Below are positions 1-9,300 of a stretch of 64,000 bases of DNA, piece by piece. The notes beneath the pieces are model-generated. The model saw nothing but the letters and a program-made list of their open reading frames with translations. It did not search any database and was not told the DNA's origin. Origin of the DNA: a virus (Duplodnaviria > Caudoviricetes); the IMG/VR virus record IMGVR_UViG_3300048819_000142, positions 32,001 to 96,000 of that record; one strand, written 5' to 3'. How positions within the stretch are numbered: position 1 is the stretch's first letter; the number at the start of each line of letters is the position of its first letter. The position numbers and the translations under genes are program-made.

Positions 1-123
1 CTGGAGAGGCTGCCCGAATTGCCAGGTACCAGAATGTTAAGCGTCGATTCATTGGGTTTGCAAGATCTGACCGTGGTGACGTTCGCCAGGAAATGAAGCA
101 CATGCTTGTGGAGGCTTTCCGAA

Positions 124-654
124 ATGCTCAATAAGGTTTCTCAGCAGGTCATCACCGCAGTGCTTGCCCGCATTGCGGACCCAACGACAGGCTTCAACCC
201 AGGGATCGCAACCAATGCGGCAATCTACGGATTGAACACGTGCTTCATCTCTATCAATTGGTCGAACACGAGCATCAATTTTTATCAGGCGCAGATAGAC
301 CCTGAGCTGTTGGAGAAATCTGGTCTGCTCAAATATCCGTTTGCCTGCCTTTACACGAAGGAGTCAGGTGTAACCAACGATCAGAAATTCACTCAGTTTT
401 CAGGACTTGTACGGGTCGTCCTGGAGTTCCATATGTCATGGACGCAAATTAAGGGGTTGCAGAACCACGAGGCATACGGTAACTGCGTTGAGGACGTTGT
501 ATTCGACGTGATCAACAGGGTTGAAAATCAAAACTGGGGAAAACCCCTCACTTATAACGGGCAGATTCAGTGCAAGCGTGGTCCGCTAATATATGGTGCC
601 CAGAATTTTAAGCAAGTTATTGGGTTCTCGATGATGTTCCAGGTTGACCAGTAA
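124..654 (+). CDS. Putative tail terminator/completion protein
   Basis: 176-aa ORF (ATG at 124) two genes upstream of the tail tube gene; position and size fit; no diagnostic motif. Confidence 0.5.
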   Translation: MLNKVSQQVITAVLARIADPTTGFNPGIATNAAIYGLNTCFISINWSNTSINFYQAQIDPELLEKSGLLKYPFACLYTKESGVTNDQKFTQFSGLVRVVLEFHMSWTQIKGLQNHEAYGNCVEDVVFDVINRVENQNWGKPLTYNGQIQCKRGPLIYGAQNFKQVIGFSMMFQVDQ

Positions 655-732
655 GTTTTCACATATGGTCGGCAACTTTTTTGTATCCTTGGTTGTGTGC
701 TCGTGGTACAATTGGTTGTAGGAGTCCGGAAA

Positions 733-1089
733 ATGATTTCTTGCAGGTATGTCGGTGGAGATTCTTCGGAAATCGGTGAGCGCGAGTTCGACGCCGTTGG
801 TCAGCGAGCGGCGTTTAGCGAACAAGGTTACCGTGAAGCAGTACTCGGTGGTGCAGCTTTTATTACCGAGGAAGACTTCAGGAAGATTTCTTTTACCGTG
901 GACGAGATCAATCTGCACGGGCCTGTTGGCATGCGAGTTGATCCGCCCACAAGTTTCTGCGAGAAGTTAGCAAGGGCCCAGCAGATTTATCGAGAAGATC
1001 GTAGCCGAATGTTGGTCAACGCTGAGGCAGTTCTTGCTGAAGCATCGGACAGGTTCGGTGAAGCGGAACCGGTCGTTGGCTTGCAGTAA
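733..1089 (+). CDS. Hypothetical virion-module protein
   Basis: ATG at 733 after GGAG; fills the gap before the tail tube gene. Confidence 0.5.
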   Translation: MISCRYVGGDSSEIGEREFDAVGQRAAFSEQGYREAVLGGAAFITEEDFRKISFTVDEINLHGPVGMRVDPPTSFCEKLARAQQIYREDRSRMLVNAEAVLAEASDRFGEAEPVVGLQ

Positions 1090-1120
1090 AAATTTGAAAG
1101 AAGGGAGAACCTAAGGTTAG

Positions 1121-2410
1121 ATGCCGAATTATTCTTTTTCTCGCCTAGAGCGTGCGTACCTCCAGCAGCAGCCAACGTTTGGCACCATTCCGAACACAAC
1201 CGGCACTGCAAGTGTCGGTAACTCAAATGCGTGCCGGTTCATTCGCATGGAGTTACAGAACGAGGTTGCGCTCCTCGAGCGTCCCGATAAGACGGGAACG
1301 CGCTCAATGGAAGGTATGACCGGCGGCCGTAAGATGGGCCGCTGGAGCATCGAAATGTCGCTCACTGGGAATGGCACGCCGGGAACTGCTCCCGATTGCG
1401 ACCCCATTTTTACAGCAATGTTTGGCCAAACTGCAGCAGTCGGTTCTGGCACGACGTCAATCACGAGCTCAACGGACGCCACACCGATCGTTGTGGCGTG
1501 TTCCGGCGCGCACGGTATCACGTCCGGCGCGTTCGAAGTTGTGTCGCTTTCTGGGCATACCACCAACACGAATGCTAATGGCGTGTGGCTCGCATATGCG
1601 GGGGACACGACGCATCTTACCTTGGTCGGTTCGTCCGGCAACGGTAATGGCGCCGGTGCCAGTGGTACCGTGAGTCGAGTTAAGCTCACATACACATTCA
1701 TCGATGCTATCACGCAGTTTACGCTCTGGTCTTTCCGAACGCCATCGACCCTCGATCAGCGGGTCGGTAACACGTGCGTCGTGACGGAAGCGACATTCAA
1801 CTTCAATCAGGACGTCGCAACATGGCAGGCAAACGGCGATTGCTTCTGGGTCCTTCGAAGCAGCGACTTTGCAAACGCCGATGTTTATCAGCTAGGTGGT
1901 CTTGGCGCGTTCCCGACCGAGCCTTCTTCTCCGGTAACGAACGGTAGCATTATCCCGGGATTCACCGGCCGCTTCGTTGCATGGGAGTCCGTTGCCAAGG
2001 TCGGCGCCACAACGTTCGTCGCAAGTGCGGCTACGTTCCCGACAATTCGCAACGCAACCATTCGCGTGCAAACCAACAACTTGCTCGTTCGCGACACGTT
2101 CGGTAGCTACTACCCGACATTCACCGAGGGCGACGTGCGAAACATCACCCTATCGTTCAACATCTACGACGACGACAGCACCAACGTAAACACGCTCAAG
2201 TCGTGGGGTGACAGCAAGCTGCCCGTCGACTTCATCATCAACCTCGGCACGGTCTCGGGAAACATCTTTGTCTTCTGGATGAAGAACGTCTACCTCTCGT
2301 CCCATGTGCTCGGCGATGGCCAGCTTCGCTTCGATGCGGCCTACTCCGAGGCACGTGCGACCACCACCTCACTCTCGGTGCGCGATGAGTTCACACTCAT
2401 CGTCGCATAA
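1121..2410 (+). CDS. Major tail tube protein with inserted small beta-rich accessory domain
   Basis: 429 aa, T/S/G-rich, AGGGAG RBS, followed by chaperone and tape measure genes (canonical siphovirus order). Confidence 0.75.
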   Translation: MPNYSFSRLERAYLQQQPTFGTIPNTTGTASVGNSNACRFIRMELQNEVALLERPDKTGTRSMEGMTGGRKMGRWSIEMSLTGNGTPGTAPDCDPIFTAMFGQTAAVGSGTTSITSSTDATPIVVACSGAHGITSGAFEVVSLSGHTTNTNANGVWLAYAGDTTHLTLVGSSGNGNGAGASGTVSRVKLTYTFIDAITQFTLWSFRTPSTLDQRVGNTCVVTEATFNFNQDVATWQANGDCFWVLRSSDFANADVYQLGGLGAFPTEPSSPVTNGSIIPGFTGRFVAWESVAKVGATTFVASAATFPTIRNATIRVQTNNLLVRDTFGSYYPTFTEGDVRNITLSFNIYDDDSTNVNTLKSWGDSKLPVDFIINLGTVSGNIFVFWMKNVYLSSHVLGDGQLRFDAAYSEARATTTSLSVRDEFTLIVA

Positions 2411-2433
2411 TCCAACCTCTACAACCTGTAGAA

Positions 2434-2458
2434 ACGGGGAGGACTTGCTCCTCCCCGT
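2434..2458 (+). terminator. Stem-loop after tail tube gene (stabilising hairpin or weak terminator)
   Basis: ACGGGGAGGA-CTTGC-TCCTCCCCGT perfect 10-bp stem; no U-tract on +. Confidence 0.45.
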
Positions 2459-2487
2459 AAACTCCCAACCACAAAGGAAGTCTGCGT

Positions 2488-2964
2488 ATGGCATATAAGC
2501 ACGAGACTCTTCGGCGCCACGAGTCTGTAGTATTTGAGGGCGTCGTATTTTTTCTTCACAAGATGACGGAAGGTCGACGGCTTGATCTTCGGTCGAAGAT
2601 TTCGGAACCCAATCGCCGGATCCGAGAGATACTGAAAGAGCAGGCGGCGATCGAAGGGCAGTCCGAGGAAACCAGGGATTCTGCTAAGTGGCTGGAACTT
2701 CAGGACGAGTTTGACGGCCTGATGCTGGAGAAGGTCAACCCAGCCTGGCTTACCTGGGGGCTGAAGCGGATCGATGGCCTCGAGGTCGAAGGCAAACCCC
2801 TGGGCGTCGAGGACTGGAAAGATTGGCCGTCCGCGCTGTTTGAAGAAGTGATCGTCGCGATCAAAGCCGAATCGGAGCTCAACGGCACAGAAAGAAAAAA
2901 CTCCGAATTGCCTACCACTTCTGGCGGACAGGTGGATATGAGTCAGAAATCTTTGACTGCGTAA
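2488..2964 (+). CDS. Tail assembly chaperone (gpG-like)
   Basis: 158-aa acidic helical ORF between tube and tape measure genes; slippery A AAA AAC at 2895-2901. Confidence 0.8.
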   Translation: MAYKHETLRRHESVVFEGVVFFLHKMTEGRRLDLRSKISEPNRRIREILKEQAAIEGQSEETRDSAKWLELQDEFDGLMLEKVNPAWLTWGLKRIDGLEVEGKPLGVEDWKDWPSALFEEVIVAIKAESELNGTERKNSELPTTSGGQVDMSQKSLTA

Positions 2965-3350
2965 CCTGCAAACGGAAGGGGTACTGGCAAAGGCGCAATT
3001 GCAGCTTATACTTCCCAAAAAGAATAGACCCGAAACGGGCAGTCTGCTGGGAAGCTGGGTATCAGGATAGACTTGGTCGACCGTTCTCGATCTCAGGCAC
3101 TGACACGAATCAATGCCCTGTCTCGCTCATATCAGCTCAGTCTACGGAGCTGGTACAAATTTTCGCACGAACCAAAGTAATGAAGGAGTTCGGTGCGTCT
3201 CCCTACGGTGGGGATCTCTCAAAATGGCCGTCCCGCATGGTAGACGCTTTCGTCATCCTCCAAGACGAGCACTCGCGAGTCGAGATGCTTCGAAACGTTC
3301 AAGAGAAGCAACCTCGGCAGCAACAACCCCAACAGCGACAAAGACGGTGA
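2488..3350 (+). CDS. Tail assembly chaperone gpGT-like fusion via -1 frameshift (~287 aa)
   Basis: -1 frame open from 2901 (LRIAYHFWRTGG...CVTC...QRQRR) to TGA at 3348-3350, ending just before the tape measure RBS. Confidence 0.8.
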
Positions 3351-3366
3351 CAACAGGAGAAAACCC

Positions 3367-6300
3367 TTGGCCCAGTTGTTTGACGACGAGGTACTAAGCG
3401 TAGTCCTGAAGTTCTCCAATCCCAATAAACGGGACATGGAGGACGCGGACAAGATTGCTACGAAGCTATCCATGGCACTTGACGGGGTCGTGCGCAAATC
3501 TGTATTTGCTGGCCGAGCTGTTGCAGACGTGCTGGAGGGTATCAAGCGGCTCGAGCCGACCTTGAAGTCAATGGAGAAGCGCGCTGGCACGATTGGTGCT
3601 AGCGCGGGCGCACTTAAGACCGCGCAGCAAATCCTTGCACGCTACACTCCTGCGCGGCTTGAGAAGCTGGCTGAAGTCCAAGCGTCGAAAATTGCTGAAA
3701 CTAGTGGCACGGCTTCCCTTCGTCGTCAACTTGAGAAGCATGGGGAGCTAATTAAGCGACTCGTTGCCACCCGGGAGGGCAGGTATAACAGGGCAACAGG
3801 CAATAGTCCAACAGGTCGCGGCCTGTTTATCGACACCGAATCTACAGGGTTGAATGCACTTAAGCATCAGATTACAGAATTAACTGCTACGCTGTTTACG
3901 TTCAATAAAGCTACGGGGGAAATCCTTAATCAGCAAGAGAGGACGTACCACGGTTTTCAGCAACTCGCATTCCAGTCACGCCACCAGTACATGCCTCAGG
4001 GCGTGACTCCCGCGCAGCTACAGAGCCAGGCCATATCTACTACCATGCTGCGTCGTCTGATGCAGCAGGCTGATTTTGTCGTAGCTCACAATGCGCCACA
4101 TGACAAGAAGTTTGTTGAACGACTTGTTCCTCAAGCTGCAGGTATGATGTGGCTCGACTCGATGCGAGGTATCCCTTGGCGCACGCTCGGTCATAGCTCG
4201 CGGGCCCAGCAGGATCTTCTCAGAGCGCACGGAATCAACCCAGGGCAAGCACACAGGGCAACGGACGATGTTAGGGCTGGCGTTAAATTGCTCAGTTCTC
4301 GTTCGCCTATCGGTGGTCCCACGTACATGAGTATGCTCTTGGGCAACCAGGGACCGCTCAACCAGTCTCAGCAATTGCTTGCGCAGATCAAGCACATGGC
4401 TGATGAAATTCGTAGTGACCTGTCGTCTCGTCTTGGTGAGGGCGGCGGTCGATACATGTCATCGACAGCTCGCTACAAATCCCTGGGAACCACAGCCTCT
4501 AGAGCTGCTGACGACGTGGCAGAGTTCTACACTCAGCATGTCATTGCTGCAATTGAGGGTGGCATTGACGCCAGGTCTCGGAGGCCTGCTCGAAGCACTG
4601 ATTACGGAATCAAGTTCGGATCTGGGCAAGCACCAGAGACAACCCCTGGCCTGTTGGGCCATTCAGCTATTAGCATTGACCGACGGCTTGGCGTGATTGA
4701 TCAGTTCCTACGGAACATGACTATCATGTCTGGCCCTGCAAGTTCTTCCCAGTTCATGGACCATTATGTTTTTCAGAGCAGGTCCCAGGAACGAATTCAG
4801 CAAGGTCGCGGTCGCGGTCGTCAGATCAAGTCAGATATTCGTTCTGGCGATGAAGTATCCCTTGCTACAATGCAAGGACTCAATACACGCTACGAGAACG
4901 AGCGACAGGGGATTCAGAGAGAAGATCCGATGAATGCCCTGTTGAATGAGCTTGATCGTCGTCAATCGGACAATCGTACACAGCTTGCTCAGCGTATGCT
5001 ATCTCAGCCGTGGGCTCAGCCACCTAAAAAGAGTGTATATATTGCTGGCCCAATGCGTGGTATACCAAACCTTAACTTTCCGGAGTTTGATAGGACAGAA
5101 GCTTTATGGCGTGGCAGAGGTTTCGGTGTAGTTAACCCCGCACAGTTGGATAGGGAGCATGGGTACATTCCTGTAGGCGGTCAGACTCATTTTGCGAATT
5201 TATCTATAGAGGAGGCAATGAGTAGGGATATCCCTGCTGTTACTGGGACGAGTGGTATTGCTTTGATGAGGGGATGGGAAAAGAGTCAAGGGGCCAAAAT
5301 GGAGCTCCAGCACGCAATCTCCCAAAGAAAAGAGATATACGACGCTGAATCAGGCAATCGGCTTCGGCTTAGGGATTTGCGAGCACTTGGCATGGAGAAT
5401 CTCTCCATGTCGATTCAGTCACGAATTCCTGTATCTTCAGTTAAAAATTTTTCTCCTACTATATTTCGCGATCGGGAAATTGCTACATTTATCGATCAAA
5501 ATAGTAAGAGTGCTTCTCCATCCTTGATAAGGCATGCTGCTCAGATGGCGTCACACGTCGGCCCCAACGACCCACGGTTCATGCAGCTTGCTTCCATTAT
5601 GTTTGAGGGGCAGCAAGTAGGTCGTCAGCTGGCGTCGTCTCGCGCTGTCCAGGCGCAAAAAGAAGCGATGGACCGTATAGCAGGTAACGTTGGTTCGAAG
5701 CCTCGGTCAGGTTTTCGCAACGTTATTGGTGAGGCGCTGCGCGGTTTAAGCGACGCTGGTCTTGCCACTGGAATGACTGCTGTTTCGCCATTCCTTTCTT
5801 CTGGCGGTATCGGCGGTGGGTCCTTTGGCACGTTTCTTAACTACTTTAGGAATAGGCGACGATCTGCTTCTTCAGGCGGAAGGACGACATCGTATGACGA
5901 GCGCGCTGAGGGCTACCTTCCAGAACCCACGACGCTACGTGGCTCAATGCGCAGGGATGCCTTGGAGCAGAAACTTGGCAAACTTCGAGATACTGTCGAA
6001 TCAACTACCCGTGGCTTCCAAACGTTCAGGGACGTCACAGCGCAGGCTAAGGCGAATGACGCTGCTCGTCGGTATAGTTCTCGCGACTATGCTATTACCT
6101 CAGGACTGAATTCAGCTCGTGGTTCGTTCGATGCGCAGCTTGCCAGGCTCGAGGGACGCAGGCTCCAGTCTCGAACTTCCACAAGTCGCCGACTTGGTGG
6201 TATTCAGGAGTCATTTGAAAGTCGGTCTTCAGCGCTTGGCTTCTCTGAGTTGGACGCCGAGCAGCAATACGAGTCTGCACTCGATTCACAGCGCAGAAAA

Positions 6301-9300
6301 ACAGCTCGCTTACGCAAATCGAAGGCGTATTCGAAGGGAAAACTCTCAGACGAAGATATTCAGGCAGGTCTTCAGGGTCCTGTGCGAAGCGCACAGATGC
6401 GCCTCATCAAAGCTGAATACCAGGCACGTGCATCCCAGCTTACTGATCCAGGGGAGATTGACTCGCTGCGTCGTCAAACTGCTGGAAGGTATGCTGTAGC
6501 CCGATATGGTCCTGGCAGCGGGCCTGAACTTGAGCAACTCAGGTCAGACTATGCCGAGCGAGTCCATGGCTTGCTTGGTGGTAGGACGCTTGCCCAGAGG
6601 GCGGAAGGTCGTGCAAGACAGGTTGGAGAGGATCAGGTTGCTCGCGAGCGAGAACTTGATCAGGCTGTTGATCAAATTCGTGCTCGTAGGGATTCAGCTG
6701 AAGCCAGTGCAAGTCAGAAGCGCTCTGATAATGCGTCAAGGTTTGGCGCTGAGGGCGTCAAGCTAGAGAGCGAAGTTGAGAAACGTCGGCTCGCAAGTCT
6801 CAAGAAGATTACTGATGCTGAAAAGAAGGCGCATGAGGCCCGTGTTCGATATCTCAAGACTGAGGACGCTGCAGGTGGAGGTGGCGGCGGAGGTGGTAGC
6901 ACGCATAGTGGGGGCACTCACGGAGGTGGAAGCGGCCGTTCAAATTTTGAAAGCCGCGATGCACTTGGGTTCGGTCTCGGCCTATCAACGCTCGCTTCCT
7001 ACGGTGTCGCGATTTGGAATGGTGTAAAGGAATCGGCTATCTATGCCGCCAACGTTGACGCGCTGAAGTTCTCTACTCAGGAAATTGCGAAGGTAAACGC
7101 CCTTGATGTTGGAGCTGTTATGGACAGCGTGAACAACATTAAGAAGCTGAACATGACCACGGAATCAGCGAATCAGGTTGTTCAGAGAATGATCTTCGCT
7201 CAACTTGACGTTGGCAAGGCTGGTCAGGTCGCGCAAGTCGCGCAAAATGTTTCCATCCTCTCTGGCCAAACTCCTGCTGAGGCTGTTGAACGTATCATTA
7301 CTGGTGTTTCAACTGGTTTGACTGTTACTCTGCACCGCATGGGACTTCCAGTTAGCATGTTGCAGGTTAACAGGCAGCTGTCGGCTGATCGCAAGGCTGA
7401 AGGCAAGAGTGGTCCAGCTAGCGAGGTTGAGAAGCGGCAAGCTTTGCTTAATGCCGTCATTCGTGAGGGAGCTAAGGCCAATGGCCTGTATGAGAAATCC
7501 CTGCTCACCGCTGGTGGACAGCTTAAGCTGTTTGAGCAGAACATGCAGGAATTACAGTATAGCGTTGGCAAGGAGTTTCTGCCTGAGTTCGGTCGGTTCA
7601 TCTCGCTCATGTCGTCGGGTGCCAAGTTCGTTGATGCCAACTCTGCATCTGTCGCAAAATTTGCTAGCGTGCTTGCCTCGTTGACGGCTGCGGCAAGTTC
7701 TGTTGGGACGCTCGCGTTGTTCCGATATCTCCTCGCATCCCCTGTCGTACCATGGTGGGCGAAGTTGATAGGTGCAGGTGTTGGAGTTGCGACATATTCT
7801 GCCCTAAACCAAGATGATGCTGTTGCGATGTCGAAGACTGCTAATGAGCAACTCGACGCACTCAAGGGAAAGATTGACTCGCTTAAGAAGGAGCGATCTT
7901 CACTGCAAGGGAGTAAAAATGATTCTCCCGAGTGGAAGAACGCAATGGACATCAACACGGAAGCTACTCGTTCTGCTTCTGAAGCTCAGGTGTCTATCAA
8001 CCAGGAACTGACAAAGAACCTGGCTGATGAGTACAATAAGCGAATTGCAGACATTGATAACTACATTGCAGCAATGGAAGGCAAGCAGGGGACGTGGGCC
8101 CAGATCATGGCAACGTTCAGGACAAGCCCAGAAAATTCTGCTGTGGGGGCTGTTGCACGCGATATTCCGATTCTTGGAAACACAGGCCCTGAGGACATCG
8201 AGGAGGCACGTCAACAGCGAGCAGGACTTGCTGGGCAGTTTGCTTCAGGCACGCGCGGTATTACTGCCGAGGACATCAAACGAGAAGCAGTTCGTCAAAG
8301 ACTTGAGAGGCTTCGCGTAGCCGACTTGTCCCCAAGTATTATCAATAAGGAGAAGCTCGCTGTTGCGAGTATGATCTCTGAGATGACTGATGCTGAAGGT
8401 CAGCTTAATAAGCTCGATGAAAAGTACAGCGAAGAAGGAACTGTTGGACTCAGGGCAAGGAAAGCCATGGGTTCTCCACGCCAGAAAGTTCTCCTTGATT
8501 ATGACGAACAGGTCGCCAAGGTAAATAAGCTCAGTGCATCGCTCACTGATTTGAAAAAGAATGCTGCAGACGGAGATGTCGGTGCGCAGACACAGTTAAA
8601 TGACGTCGCCAAGCAACTCGGCGGCGGCGACTTCATTCTTGGACACGAGAAAATCAATGACTTCCTTAGTCGCAAGGATGATGTTGTTGGTGCTGCTGCA
8701 GAGGACCGAGACATACAGCTTGGCAAGATCAATCGACAGAACAAGGCGCAAATTGCCCAGGTTCGTGAACAGATGCAGGTTGAACAGGTTCAATCTGCAG
8801 TGGTTCAGGGGAATTATTCTTCTGAGCGTGAAGCAATTCTGAAAACGTTCGACATTAAGCAGCAGACCGCTAAGAAGACCTTGGGCTTGCTCGAGGACGT
8901 AGATGCATATAATCGCCAAATTGCTCAGAATGAGACTGATCGCGATGTTGGGTTGCTACGTCTCGAAATTGAAAAGAAGCGGGCTCAACAGGATCGCGAT
9001 CAGAGGGTACTATCACATGGTGCAGATCTTAAAGCTCAAGACATACTTGATAGTCCCGGTGACGCCGAACAGGTCATTCGCTACGCCTACAGAACAAAGC
9101 TTGATGCGACTGCGTCTATCACTGATGAGAACAAGCGCCTCAATGATCAACTCGATTTGCTATTCGAGCTTGATGAAGCGTTACGAAAACTTTCCAAGGA
9201 CAAGAAAACGCTTGCTGCCGAAGGACGTATTTCCGAATTCCAGGACAACCAGCAGCTCGCGATGGAGATTGATCGGACGATCAGTGCTCAGGCTGGCAAA

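Noticed and set aside
3113-3397. 94-aa + ORF before the tape measure gene
   Set aside because: Overlaps the better-supported -1 frameshift extension in another frame.
3814-5350. Intein or intron as explanation for the enzyme domains in the TMP
   Set aside because: No C/S...HN-C/S/T intein termini or homing-endonuclease motifs seen, and the frame is uninterrupted.
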